A stretch of 45,978 nt of DNA, taken from a virus (lineage: Duplodnaviria; Caudoviricetes). The notes below the pieces were generated by a model, which made no database searches, was not told the DNA's origin, and saw nothing but the letters and a program-made list of their open reading frames with translations. The position numbers and the translations under genes were made by a program. The stretch is from positions 1 through 45,978 of IMG/VR virus record IMGVR_UViG_3300037424_000965. The stretch is one strand, 5' to 3'. The stretch's first letter is position 1; each line of letters opens with the position of its first letter. Below, piece by piece: positions 24,932-35,073 of the stretch.

Positions 24932-24960
24932 TTGACCCCAGGCCATGCCTGTGTTATAAT
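24932..24960 (+). promoter_or_regulatory. sigma70-type promoter for head operon
   Basis: TTGACC(24932-37)-17 nt-TATAAT(24955-60) with extended TG. Confidence 0.75.
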
Positions 24961-24991
24961 GGAGTTTTCCCTATCAGGGGAGGGGCAGTAT

Positions 24992-26296
24992 ATGAGAGAG
25001 ACGGAAGACAGGGTACCATCGGGATTGGTCGTGTTGAACTTTTCCGGGCCCGGCCCGGCGCTCCCCCCGGCCGCGTCGGTTCCCACGCTGGTGAGACCGG
25101 CCGTGATGTCGTCGCTTTCCGAGGGTGACCCGGAGCCCTATTACAAGGTAGAGGCCGTCGAGTACCCGGCCCCAGGCAAGGGTGGGACGTACGAGAAGTC
25201 GTTCTTCAAGTCCTTCCTTAACATCATGAAGGACCGGCCCATACCGGGCTCAAAGCGCGGGCACGAGTTCTCATCCCGCTCGTCCTCTGACTTCTACACG
25301 GTAGGCGGGGACCTGGTCGACAATGCGGACGGGAAGACCGGTACCGCCTACTTTAAGATTTACATACCGCAGAAGGGCGACACCACGGAAAACTTCGGGT
25401 TCATACGGGACGCGAAGGCCGGGATAGTCCACTTCTCGCTCGTGTCGGCGCCCGAGTACGTGACCAAGAAGGACCCTAAGACCGGTGAGGAGGTCAGGCA
25501 CTTCCTATCGTCTAAGGGGTTTGAGCGCAACGATGCCATGGAGTACGGCACGGGTGCGATGCAGCAGGTGGTTAACTCTCAGTCTGACTCGATAGACTTT
25601 AAGGTAGCAAGGGAGCTCGTCACGTCGGGCCGCTTTGACAGGTCCACGAAGGTGAGTGGGGCACCCGTCCAGGGCGGCATCGTCTACCGTTCCGCGCTGA
25701 GGTCCATGATCTCCCGCGCTAACGGCCAGGACCTTCCGGAGGTGGCTGAGCTGATCTCACTGATAGACAAGCATAGGAACGGAGGTTCAAGCATGGAAAC
25801 CAAAGAAGAGGCCTTAGGGGTTTTGAGTAACCTCATGGCAAACGGCCGCCTCAACGTGGCCGAGGTGGCTAAGGCGTGCGGCTTTGAGGCGCAGGTGCGG
25901 ACGCCCGCCGATGCCGCGAACGCGGACCTGGTAAGGGCGATCAACTCGAAGCTCGGCGACAAGCCGATTGAAAGGATCGACGCCCTCATGTCGAACTCAG
26001 AGGCGTTCGCGGCCGCCACTGTGGAGCGGGCGGTATCTGCCGCCGTAGGGCAGAAGGTCGTCAAGAACGCGGAGGGGAAGGACGTGGACAACCCCGCGCA
26101 CGCGTACGCGATGTCCGCCTGCAGGGGCAAGTCCGGCGCGGAGCTTAACTCCGCGATCGAGGCCCTGAAGGCTGACCCCGTCATGGTCGCGCTCAACGCG
26201 GCCCGCGCCGACGGCGAGTCGGGAATCAACAAGGTCGTGAACGGCGGGAAGTCCGTAGCGTCCTCCGGCGGTGCAATCGCTCCGCTCAACGTGTAA
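24992..26296 (+). CDS. Prohead protease/scaffold protein
   Basis: Position before capsid genes; N-terminal GH...S protease-like region, helical C-terminal half; start moved to ATG 24992. Confidence 0.6.
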   Translation: MRETEDRVPSGLVVLNFSGPGPALPPAASVPTLVRPAVMSSLSEGDPEPYYKVEAVEYPAPGKGGTYEKSFFKSFLNIMKDRPIPGSKRGHEFSSRSSSDFYTVGGDLVDNADGKTGTAYFKIYIPQKGDTTENFGFIRDAKAGIVHFSLVSAPEYVTKKDPKTGEEVRHFLSSKGFERNDAMEYGTGAMQQVVNSQSDSIDFKVARELVTSGRFDRSTKVSGAPVQGGIVYRSALRSMISRANGQDLPEVAELISLIDKHRNGGSSMETKEEALGVLSNLMANGRLNVAEVAKACGFEAQVRTPADAANADLVRAINSKLGDKPIERIDALMSNSEAFAAATVERAVSAAVGQKVVKNAEGKDVDNPAHAYAMSACRGKSGAELNSAIEALKADPVMVALNAARADGESGINKVVNGGKSVASSGGAIAPLNV

Positions 26297-26310
26297 GGGG
26301 AGGGTAAGCC

Positions 26311-26994
26311 ATGAGCGCTACCGTTTTCGTAGAAAAAGAAGAGATCAGGCACCTCCGCCTGTATAACGACTCCGGCGCCGCCGTGGTCCAGGGCGAGTTC
26401 TGCGTAATAGGCGGGATCGCCGCCGTAGCCGACGAGGACGTAAGCTCCGGGTCGGTCGGGTCCTTCCACGTAGAGGAAGGGATCGTGTTGCAGGCCTCGG
26501 AGTACGTCTCCGCAAGCGAGGACACGTTCGCTACAGGCGGGCAGAAGGTCTACTGGGACCCCGTTACCAAGCTTTTCAGCGACACCCGGAAGGCCGGGTA
26601 CCTCGCGGTCGGCACGGTCGTCGAGGTGATCTCCAGTACCGTCATCCGGTTCGCCAAGCGGTTCTTCGCCGAGCCCGTCGTGGTCAAGTGCGCCGAGGTC
26701 GTAATCGACGCGGCTACCGACTATTCGTCCACGGGCAAGAGCGTCCCGCTCCCCGTCGGGTCAAAGATTGTAGACGTTGTCGCGATCTGTACCGCCGCGA
26801 ACACGGCCGGTACGGCCCAGGTGGTAAACGGGTCGACGGCGCTGCACACCGCGCTCGTCATGGCCGTGGACCAGACGATCAACCGCATGGCGGCCGCCGT
26901 TAACGACGCCGCAATGGACGTCGGCACGGACGCGATCACCGTGAAGACCCATGCAATTGGAGACGCGGGCATAGTCCTCGTCTACTACATCTAA
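26311..26994 (+). CDS. DUF2190-like capsid cement/decoration protein
   Basis: GEFCVIGGIAAVA.EDV..G..G....EG, GQKVYWD. Confidence 0.7.
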   Translation: MSATVFVEKEEIRHLRLYNDSGAAVVQGEFCVIGGIAAVADEDVSSGSVGSFHVEEGIVLQASEYVSASEDTFATGGQKVYWDPVTKLFSDTRKAGYLAVGTVVEVISSTVIRFAKRFFAEPVVVKCAEVVIDAATDYSSTGKSVPLPVGSKIVDVVAICTAANTAGTAQVVNGSTALHTALVMAVDQTINRMAAAVNDAAMDVGTDAITVKTHAIGDAGIVLVYYI

Positions 26995-27007
26995 GGAGAC
27001 CTCGGTC

Positions 27008-28249
27008 ATGATCAAGATAGCAACTGCTGATAGCTACGCGGAAGAGAAGGTCGTCAACGGCCTCACCCGCGAGGCCCGCGTCATAATGGGGAATGGAGCC
27101 GACAACGCGAAGTCGGGCGCCCCTCGGACGCACAAGATCGGGTACGTGGCAAACGGTCAGGTCGTGGAGGTGGACGCCATTCCCTTCAAGGTGACTTCCA
27201 GGAAGTGGAAGAACTCCGAGGGTCAATTCAACCTGTACCGCGAGATGAACGCGGCAAGAGAGAGGATTCAGAACGGAGCGTTAGCCCCCTCTGCGACCGA
27301 CCTCGCGGCGTATTACGCGATGCTCTTCATCGACGTCCAGCGGCAGGCGGACGAGCTCGCCGACCACTCGGCGGCGATCTTCAACGTGGTGTCCCGCCCG
27401 GACGCCCAGGAGGTGACCTACCTCCGCGACCTGATCCCTTACACCGGCAAGGAGAAGATCATCACCGGAGCCGGGGACAGCGTGCCCCTGCTCGAGGAGA
27501 ACCAGGCGCAGTCCGCAGCAGTCACTTTGTACTTCAAGGCGTTCGGACGGAAGGACTCGATCCGGAACCTGGTGTTCAACCCGTTCGACCAGGTCCAGCG
27601 CGTCACAGAGGCCGCCGCGAAGATCAACGTCGACAGCCGGAACAACGACGTCATCGGCCCGATCGTGGCCGCGACCTATGGCGCGCTCCACGCGCAGGCC
27701 GCAGACGCAACCTCCGGGGCGACGTACGACGTGCTCATGTACAACACCCTCCGGAAGGGCCTCAAGACCCTGTCGAAGCTCACCCACCCGCTCACCAACC
27801 AGACGATGGCCGCCCTCGGCGGGTTCTCCAGTAAGGTGAAAATCCTCTGCCATCCCGGCGACACCTGGTCCATCCAGCGCATCGCCTCCGGACAGCTCGC
27901 GGGCGCTGGCGGTCTGCTTCAGGTGGCTACCGCCCTCCCGTTCGCGGAGATAATCCCCTACGGCGGCGGCATCATGAACGGTCTGACTTGGGGTAAGGAG
28001 ACCCTGAGCCTCCCCGGCGTCACGCAGGGCACGTGCTTCATGTTCCTGCCGAACGACCTCGGGGGCTTCGTCCTCGACAAGATCGGACAGACTATGGAGA
28101 TGGGTTCCGGTTCCGTGCTTGAGCTCTCCAAGGAGGAGCGCGCATGGTACCGCGTGAACGGCCTGTTCCCGACCTGGTTCCAGGGCGGGAGCGCCACGAA
28201 CACCGGTAAGGGCTGCGTCATCAAGGTGACCCTGCCTGCGGAGACCTAA
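27008..28249 (+). CDS. Major capsid protein
   Basis: 413 aa, strongly biased codons, AAGGAG RBS, followed by strong hairpins. Confidence 0.75.
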   Translation: MIKIATADSYAEEKVVNGLTREARVIMGNGADNAKSGAPRTHKIGYVANGQVVEVDAIPFKVTSRKWKNSEGQFNLYREMNAARERIQNGALAPSATDLAAYYAMLFIDVQRQADELADHSAAIFNVVSRPDAQEVTYLRDLIPYTGKEKIITGAGDSVPLLEENQAQSAAVTLYFKAFGRKDSIRNLVFNPFDQVQRVTEAAAKINVDSRNNDVIGPIVAATYGALHAQAADATSGATYDVLMYNTLRKGLKTLSKLTHPLTNQTMAALGGFSSKVKILCHPGDTWSIQRIASGQLAGAGGLLQVATALPFAEIIPYGGGIMNGLTWGKETLSLPGVTQGTCFMFLPNDLGGFVLDKIGQTMEMGSGSVLELSKEERAWYRVNGLFPTWFQGGSATNTGKGCVIKVTLPAET

Positions 28250-28260
28250 TCCTAGTCGTT

Positions 28261-28320
28261 GCGGCCCCTTAGGTGGGGCCGCCCTTTGACCCTCTTCTGA
28301 GGAGGCGGGTCAAAGGGCGG
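28261..28320 (+). promoter_or_regulatory. Two overlapping hairpins after capsid gene
   Basis: GCGGCCCC/GGGGCCGC (28261-82) and CCGCCCTTTGACCC/GGGTCAAAGGGCGG (28279-320). Confidence 0.7.
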
Positions 28321-28330
28321 GAGGTGAACG

Positions 28331-28819
28331 ATGGCGACTTGGACAGACCTAAAGGAATTGCGCCTCCGCATCAAGGACCCGCTCGGGGCCATAGCCCTCG
28401 AGACGGTAGCCAGCGCCTCCGCGCGCGAGAACGTCGCATCCCCTGCCAGGCAGACCGCATACCTCCAGTCCGATACCGGCGTCTATTACGTCTATGACTC
28501 AGACCTTGAGGAGTGGGAGGCTAAGGACCTCCTCATTTCCGACGCCCGCCTCGGAACACTTATCGACTTGTACGGAGTAGCTTCCGCCGCCCCGCGCGCG
28601 GTGAAGGACATCATGGCCGAGCTGGGCCAGCGCCTCTATGTCGCCCGGACGGCTGATGGCGCCGGGTCTACCGACTATCAAAACTTATCCACTATGAAGG
28701 AATTCTACAAGGACCTGATCGCGACCATGACGGAAGAGGTCGTTCAGGACGCCGGACAGTCTACCGGCCGATACCTTCGCATCCGGAACGAACACGTCGG
28801 CGGGGGGATGCACTTTTGA
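28331..28819 (+). CDS. Head-tail adaptor-like protein
   Basis: Synteny; LRLRIKD N-terminus. Confidence 0.55.
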   Translation: MATWTDLKELRLRIKDPLGAIALETVASASARENVASPARQTAYLQSDTGVYYVYDSDLEEWEAKDLLISDARLGTLIDLYGVASAAPRAVKDIMAELGQRLYVARTADGAGSTDYQNLSTMKEFYKDLIATMTEEVVQDAGQSTGRYLRIRNEHVGGGMHF

Positions 28820-29208
28820 ACGCGCCGCTCCTCCAGCTCCGAGATGGAGTAAAGACTCATATCGCCGAGGACCCGTCCGTCATAATCCCGAAGCGCAGGG
28901 CCCTGGTCGCCGACGGCTTCGGGGGGACGTCACGAGAGGGAACACTGATCCCCCTCTCAAAGGTTCGCGTCCGCCTACAGCACGAGTCCGGGAGCACTCA
29001 GCCAAACTCGGTCAAGCCTTCCGGACTCGACACGAACCTCTCAATGTACGCCCTCACCGACTACCGCGCCCCGCTCTGCGATGGCGACGAGTTCGACGCT
29101 AACGGGTTCACCTGGATAGTCGGCCCGGTAAACGAGTTTAGGCGCAACGGCGGCCTGTACAAGACCGAGGCCCCGCTCACGAAGACGACAAAGGTGGCGA
29201 CGTCATGA
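28816..29208 (+). CDS. Head closure/stopper-like protein
   Basis: Synteny; DGFGG and GD.F...G..W.V motifs. Confidence 0.55.
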   Translation: MNAPLLQLRDGVKTHIAEDPSVIIPKRRALVADGFGGTSREGTLIPLSKVRVRLQHESGSTQPNSVKPSGLDTNLSMYALTDYRAPLCDGDEFDANGFTWIVGPVNEFRRNGGLYKTEAPLTKTTKVATS

Positions 29209-29408
29209 AAAAGAAAGAGGGGTTGCTTCCTCCGAGGCTTGGCGAGGAGAACGCTTTCAGCGTCTCGGACAGCGGGTCCGATACCGTGCCCGTCCTCGTC
29301 GACGTCGGCGGGGTGAAGGTGGAGATGTCGCCCTCGAACGCGCTCGCGCTCGCGGGAAGGATAGTCGCGACCGTAGAGTGCTGGATGAGGTCGAGAGATG
29401 TCCGGTAG
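29205..29408 (+). CDS. Small hypothetical protein
   Basis: ATGA-coupled ORF in neck region. Confidence 0.45.
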   Translation: MKKKEGLLPPRLGEENAFSVSDSGSDTVPVLVDVGGVKVEMSPSNALALAGRIVATVECWMRSRDVR

Positions 29409-29766
29409 CGAGGACACCCGCGCTCAGACGGCGGCCATTAAGGCTAAGGTCAAGCAGACCTATGACAGGCGCAGGTCCGCCGCGATAGCCCTGTGCCTGC
29501 ACTACGCGGGAATGGCCCTCCAGCGGTTCCGGCAGAAGCAGGCGTCAAACAAGTTCTGGGACAATCAGACAAAGGTCGCGCTCGACACCGTATTCTCCGA
29601 CGCCATCGTTACCGATGGGGCGGTAGGGTTCTTCCTCGCGCACCTGGTCGAGTACGGGGTATACCTTGAGCTCGCGAACGACCGGAAGAACCAGGCCCTG
29701 GTCCCGACCGTGATGGCCTTCTACAGCCGGTTCCACTGCGACCTGGAGGCCCTGTATGGTAGCTGA
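29398..29766 (+). CDS. Neck/tail completion protein (HK97 gp10-like)
   Basis: WDNQT..A, AHLVEYGVYLELAN. Confidence 0.65.
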   Translation: MSGSEDTRAQTAAIKAKVKQTYDRRRSAAIALCLHYAGMALQRFRQKQASNKFWDNQTKVALDTVFSDAIVTDGAVGFFLAHLVEYGVYLELANDRKNQALVPTVMAFYSRFHCDLEALYGS

Positions 29767-30103
29767 GGTCGTCTCCCGGCTCAAGACCGGCACGATCAAG
29801 AGCGTCGTCCCCTTCGGGTCGGCGCTCCCGTCCGCGCCCTACGTGGTGGTAAAGACCAAGGCGGGTATGGGCCGCCGCGACCTGCGCATCATCGCCCACG
29901 CGAAGCAGGGATCGAGTCAGACGCTTGAAGACTACGTCTTCGAGGAGCTCTCGGACCTGCTGCGAGGATTCTCCTCTACCGACAGGCACGGGAACCCGTT
30001 CAAGGTCCTGGACGCTGAGGAGTGGACAGACGTCGAAGCGGTAAGCGACGACTCTACGATATCTATGGAACGGGTATTCTACGTTCCCCAAAGACTGCAT
30101 TAG
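29756..30103 (+). CDS. Tail terminator-like protein
   Basis: Synteny; APYVVV motif. Confidence 0.55.
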   Translation: MVAEVVSRLKTGTIKSVVPFGSALPSAPYVVVKTKAGMGRRDLRIIAHAKQGSSQTLEDYVFEELSDLLRGFSSTDRHGNPFKVLDAEEWTDVEAVSDDSTISMERVFYVPQRLH

Positions 30104-30112
30104 GAGGCAATC

Positions 30113-31054
30113 ATGGCCATGTTAAACAGGAAAACGAGGTTCGCGACCGAGGGACTGCGCTTCATGCGCCTGAACCCCGACGGCACGATACCGACGGCGG
30201 CGAGGTTCCTCGGGTTCGCAAACACGGTGGACCTATCCGCCGTACTCGTGGCCGACATTGGAGACCTTACCGTCAAGGTTGACGGCGGCGCTGAGGATAC
30301 TAACTCCATCAACTTCACTGCGGCCGCCGACATCACCGCCGTCACCGTGGCTGAGGCCGTGGCGGCGCTCACGACTGCGGCGTTCACCGGGATCACCTGG
30401 AGCGCTGACTCCGCGACGGGACGGCTTAAAGGCGTCTCCGCTACCGGCGCCTACGTGCAGGTGTACGGCGAGCTTGCGGCCCCGATGGACTTCGGCCAGG
30501 GCCTGCTCCACGGCGGCGAGGGGCTCAAGTTCTACAAGTTCTTCGACGACGAGGCGATGTCGATCGGCCTGCCGAAGAACATCAAGGACAAGGAAGAGAT
30601 CGACCAGGAGGGGGCGCTCGGGACGATCACGCGCATGGTCATCGGAGCGAAGCTCCTCGGCCTCTCTCCCGTGGTCGCGCTTAAGGTCAAGGACTACGAC
30701 GTCCTCGAGCTCGTCCAGGGCGGCACGTACAACCGGACGGCGGTCCCTCCCAAGTACGACCCGCCGACGTCCGACGTAACCGAGCACCCGACGTTCTTCG
30801 TCGAGATATTCTCCCCGATCTATGCGGTCGGAATCACCAAGCTCGAGTCCAGGGACGGGTACGAGATGCTCCTGCTCAGGTCCTGCATGGGCATCGAGGG
30901 GGACGTCCCGATAGAGGCTAAGTCTTGGGCGAACTACGCGTTCAACCTTGAGGCCACGGAGTACTTCACCGAGGCGGGAGTCAAGCTCCCGGCATACCAG
31001 GAGGGGACGCTCACCGAGGCGCAGTTCCTGGCGCTGGACGTAGAGAATGTCTAA
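30113..31054 (+). CDS. Major tail tube protein
   Basis: AGGAGG RBS, high-expression codon bias, position two genes before tape measure. Confidence 0.65.
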   Translation: MAMLNRKTRFATEGLRFMRLNPDGTIPTAARFLGFANTVDLSAVLVADIGDLTVKVDGGAEDTNSINFTAAADITAVTVAEAVAALTTAAFTGITWSADSATGRLKGVSATGAYVQVYGELAAPMDFGQGLLHGGEGLKFYKFFDDEAMSIGLPKNIKDKEEIDQEGALGTITRMVIGAKLLGLSPVVALKVKDYDVLELVQGGTYNRTAVPPKYDPPTSDVTEHPTFFVEIFSPIYAVGITKLESRDGYEMLLLRSCMGIEGDVPIEAKSWANYAFNLEATEYFTEAGVKLPAYQEGTLTEAQFLALDVENV

Positions 31055-31823
31055 AGGTAACGGGATCGTCGCCCGCCTGGTCCGGCGCGAGCTTGACAGG
31101 CTGGCGGGCCATCCCGGCATGGCGCGGCGGGACCCACCGACGGGGTACAACCCGCTGGAGGCCATTCGGGGCGCCATGTTCAGCTGGGTGCTCGTCCCGT
31201 TCAACGGCGTCAGGGTCTGGTGCGAGCTCCGTACGCTCAACGCCACTCAGATGGAGTCGTGCGGGGCGGTCACCCTCATAGACGTCGTCAAGGGCGGGGT
31301 CAAACCCAGCTTCGAAGAGATGATTGATATGCGCAACAGGCAGGAAGCTCTGGCCAGATCCGTGATGAACCGGCCGGGCCTCGACGACGTCATCTCCCAC
31401 CTGACGGGGGTTGACTTCGTGGCCGCGAGGAAGCGAGCGGAGCTCGCCGAGATCAAGGCGACCGACATGTCCTCGATGACGAAAGCGGAGCGCGCCGACG
31501 TTGACCGGCGCATCTACCTCGCGGAGCTCGCGCTCGCGTTCGTGCTCCCCGAGGACACGCTCGGGTTTCTCACCGAGTGGGCGCTCGGGGCAGACGTAAG
31601 CGACATTAAGAGGCTCACGCGCGACCAACTGCTTGACGCGGCGATCCTCGCCACGAACGGGCATAACGACCCGCACGAGCACCTGAGTGGAGTGTTTACC
31701 GACAGGGACAAGGGAGACATAGACAAGGCGGCCTGGCACGTCTACGTAGAGTTCAAGAACGACCAGGAGGCCGACAAGGCCAGCAAGATGCGCTGGGTGC
31801 ACAGCGGGCGCAGGGGCAAGTAG
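31047..31823 (+). CDS. Tail assembly chaperone
   Basis: Between tail tube and tape measure. Confidence 0.55.
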   Translation: MSKGNGIVARLVRRELDRLAGHPGMARRDPPTGYNPLEAIRGAMFSWVLVPFNGVRVWCELRTLNATQMESCGAVTLIDVVKGGVKPSFEEMIDMRNRQEALARSVMNRPGLDDVISHLTGVDFVAARKRAELAEIKATDMSSMTKAERADVDRRIYLAELALAFVLPEDTLGFLTEWALGADVSDIKRLTRDQLLDAAILATNGHNDPHEHLSGVFTDRDKGDIDKAAWHVYVEFKNDQEADKASKMRWVHSGRRGK

Positions 31824-34357
31824 TGGGAGTAGACGCGGGGTCGGTATACAGCTCAGTACGCATCAGGCTCGACTCGCTCGACGGCGACCTCAAGGGCGTA
31901 TACGCCCGGCTGAACCAGCTTGAGAAGGGCCTCGACAAGATCCCGACCAAGAGCACCGGTTCCTTCGGGAAGTTCTTCAACTTCATTAAGACCTCCGGGG
32001 TGATCCCGTTCATCACCGTAGGCGCGGCCGTCATGAAGCTCGGCCAGTACATCAACGACTCGATCCAGGTGTCGATCGCGGCACAGGAGACGTTCTCAAA
32101 GTTCGGCGTCGTCTTCGGCGGGATTAAGAGCAAGGCCGAGGAGGTCGCCGACGCGTTCGCCGACAGCTTCGACCTCGCTGGCGTTACCGCGCAGAAGCTC
32201 CTCGGGAACACCGGGGACCTCCTGACGGGCATGGGCGCCACGCAGACGCAGGCCCTAGACCTGTCCGTCCAGGTGAACACGCTCGCGGCCGACCTCGCCT
32301 CCTTCACCAACATCGAGGGCGGAACGGAGCGCGCGTCCCAGGCGCTTACCGCCGCGATGCTCGGGGAGCGCGAGCAGGCGAAGATGCTCGGGATCGTCAT
32401 ACGAGAGGCCGACGTACAGCAGGAGCTCCTCAAGCGCGGGCAGCAGGACCTCGTCGGAGAGGCGAAGCTCCTCGCGACCGCACAGGCGACGCTTGCGATC
32501 GCCATGCGCCAGAGCAAGAACGCGCTCGGTGACTACGCCAGGACGGCCGACAGCGCGGCAAACTCCCAGAAGCGCGCGGCGGAAGCCGGGAAGAACCTCC
32601 AGGTGGCGCTCGGGACGGCGCTGAACCCCGTAGTGACGGTCACGTCAAACCTGTTCACCGGCATCTCCGAGGCGCTCACCAACATCATCAACAAGTCAAA
32701 CGCGTACACCGAGGCGATGAAGGCCGGTAAGGCCGGGAACGCGACGCTTGAACAACGCCTACTATTGCTCGACAAGCAGATCAAGGACGAGCAGGCGCTC
32801 GCCCGCGCGGCTACGATGCCTGGGGTTGACCCCAAGGACGACCCGCTGGCCAAGGTCCACCTCAACCGTGTCTCCGCACTACAGGCCGAGAAGACGGCGC
32901 TGGTAGACAGCCTGCGGTATCAGGGGATCGGGAACAAGGCAGAGCAGGACGCGGCGGCGGAGTCTGAGAAGGTCGCGCTTAAGAAGAAGGCTGACGCGGA
33001 CGCGGTACAGCGCTACCTTGAGCAGGTCGCGGAGCGGTACGCCCAGACCGAGGAGGGCAAGATCGCCTCCCTCCGGAAGGAGCTTGCGACATGGGAGGCA
33101 TACGCCAAGACGGCGAGCGCCACGGCCCCGCAGGTACAGGCGGTCATCTCCGACATCAAGGCGAACATCGAGTCGCTTACCGACAAGACCAAGGCGCTGA
33201 CCGAGGCCGAGCAGTACTCCCTCGACCTGCTCAAGGCCGACAGGGACGCGCGGAAGTCTGACGCCCAGGATATCGCCGAAGGGAACAGGACCCTGGCAGG
33301 GATTCAGCAGGACATGACCGACTCCCTGCTTGAGCAAAACGTCACGGAGCGAGAGCTGATCGAACTCCAGCGGAAGAAGAAGATTGAGACCATAAAGGCC
33401 GCCTCGGCCGACAAGATATACAAGGACGCCGCGATCGACGCAGTCAACGAGTACTACGACGTGCTGGCGGACCGCGCCGCGTTCGAAGAGTTCATGGGCA
33501 ACTTGAAGAGCGCGTTCTCCTTTGCGGTTGACGTCTACAACTCCCTGAGCGAGATCAACCTCACCAACATCCGCAACGACACCGACGCTCAGCTCGCCGC
33601 CCTCGAAGAGGTACAGGCCGCCGAGGAGCAGGCCCTCTCTGACAGGTACGACTCGCTCACGGCCGCGCTCGACGCCGAGCTCCAGGCGCGCCTCTACGCC
33701 GCAGGGCTCGTCGAGGCGGAGACGATCGCGCAGTTGCAGGCGGAGCTTGAAGCCGCCAAGGCGTCCGGGGACGAGGAGGCGATAGCCGCCGCCGAGAAGG
33801 CGCTTGAGAAGGCGACCATCGAGGAGGAGTTTGCCGCGAGGAAGAAGGCGCTCCTCGAACAGCAGGCGGCCGAGGAGAAGGCGCTTGAGGAGAGGCAGGC
33901 CAAGGAGAAGGCCGAGATACAGTACAAGTACGAGGTCGCCGCCTGGGAGATGAAGGTGGCGAGCTCCATAGCCAACGCGGCTATGGCCGTGCTCAACGGC
34001 CTGATGACCCAGCCGTTCATACCGGCGGGCGTGGCGGCGGGCATCGCCGCAGGCATCGCGGGCGGCGTGCAGGTAGCGGCGGTAGTAGCCGCCAAGCCGA
34101 AGCTCACCTACGCCACGGGCGGCATCGTGCCAGGAACCGCGTACTCGGGCGACTCCATCCCGGCGCGCCTCAACTCCGGCGAGATGGTGCTCAACGATGC
34201 GCAGCAGGCCGCGCTGTTCAGCCTAGCCAACGGCGGGGGCGGCGCCTCGCAGGTCGTCGAGGTCCCGGTCTACCTGGACGGGCACGTCATAGCGAAGGCC
34301 GTCGTACAGCTCGTCAACGACAGGCAGTTCCTCATAAAGGCGGGGTCGGTGATATGA
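31823..34357 (+). CDS. Tape measure protein
   Basis: 844 aa Ala-rich helical; LAADLASF.N, GERE..K.LGIVI, C-terminal YATGGIVPG...GDSIPARLNSGEMVLN. Confidence 0.9.
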   Translation: MGVDAGSVYSSVRIRLDSLDGDLKGVYARLNQLEKGLDKIPTKSTGSFGKFFNFIKTSGVIPFITVGAAVMKLGQYINDSIQVSIAAQETFSKFGVVFGGIKSKAEEVADAFADSFDLAGVTAQKLLGNTGDLLTGMGATQTQALDLSVQVNTLAADLASFTNIEGGTERASQALTAAMLGEREQAKMLGIVIREADVQQELLKRGQQDLVGEAKLLATAQATLAIAMRQSKNALGDYARTADSAANSQKRAAEAGKNLQVALGTALNPVVTVTSNLFTGISEALTNIINKSNAYTEAMKAGKAGNATLEQRLLLLDKQIKDEQALARAATMPGVDPKDDPLAKVHLNRVSALQAEKTALVDSLRYQGIGNKAEQDAAAESEKVALKKKADADAVQRYLEQVAERYAQTEEGKIASLRKELATWEAYAKTASATAPQVQAVISDIKANIESLTDKTKALTEAEQYSLDLLKADRDARKSDAQDIAEGNRTLAGIQQDMTDSLLEQNVTERELIELQRKKKIETIKAASADKIYKDAAIDAVNEYYDVLADRAAFEEFMGNLKSAFSFAVDVYNSLSEINLTNIRNDTDAQLAALEEVQAAEEQALSDRYDSLTAALDAELQARLYAAGLVEAETIAQLQAELEAAKASGDEEAIAAAEKALEKATIEEEFAARKKALLEQQAAEEKALEERQAKEKAEIQYKYEVAAWEMKVASSIANAAMAVLNGLMTQPFIPAGVAAGIAAGIAGGVQVAAVVAAKPKLTYATGGIVPGTAYSGDSIPARLNSGEMVLNDAQQAALFSLANGGGGASQVVEVPVYLDGHVIAKAVVQLVNDRQFLIKAGSVI

Positions 34358-35073
34358 AAATCCTATACGACAACCTGCTGGAGTCGGCGGACGCCCTGGC
34401 GATGACCAACCTCGACGTCGACTCTTACGTCGAGGACCTGTTCCACCCCTACCTCGAGCTCGCGTGCCTGTGCACGGGCCTGACGTCGTCGGTATCCGGG
34501 ACTTGGGCCGACCCGAAGGCGATAGACTCGGTCGCCGTCGCCTATCACAACTGCGACACCGCTACCGTCACCCTCAAGGACTCGCTCGGGGCGACGCTCT
34601 ATACCGACGAGATCGCGCTCCAGCCGTACGACAGCGTTTATTACTTCGCCGCCGTCGAGGGCGTGTACGAGTTCGAGGTGGCGCTTTCCGCCGGGTCGGC
34701 GCTGCGCGTGGGCCTCGTCTCCCTCGGGGCGTCGCTCGAGATGCCGCCGTTCTCCGTCAGAGGGAGCTTCCCGCTGGCGCTCAGGTCGTCGTCATCCAAG
34801 TCACCCGGCGGCCAGGCGTCTGGCGTGTTCGCCCGCCAACTCCGGGGCTATGAGATTTCCTGGCCTCGAATGGGGAATTCAGACCGCGCCCTGCTGCTGG
34901 ACTACCTCGCCGCCGTCCAGACCTGCAAGCCGCACATGGTCGACCTCTTTCCCGACTCTCACGGCGACGAGCCGCCGTTCTACGGGACGGTGACGGACTC
35001 GGTAGAGGTGAAGAAGCGGGCAGAGGCCAGCTTCTACTATGAAGTTTCCATTAAGTGGGAGGAGTCAAGATAA
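34354..35073 (+). CDS. Distal tail/baseplate protein
   Basis: Immediately after tape measure; beta-rich. Confidence 0.55.
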   Translation: MKILYDNLLESADALAMTNLDVDSYVEDLFHPYLELACLCTGLTSSVSGTWADPKAIDSVAVAYHNCDTATVTLKDSLGATLYTDEIALQPYDSVYYFAAVEGVYEFEVALSAGSALRVGLVSLGASLEMPPFSVRGSFPLALRSSSSKSPGGQASGVFARQLRGYEISWPRMGNSDRALLLDYLAAVQTCKPHMVDLFPDSHGDEPPFYGTVTDSVEVKKRAEASFYYEVSIKWEESR

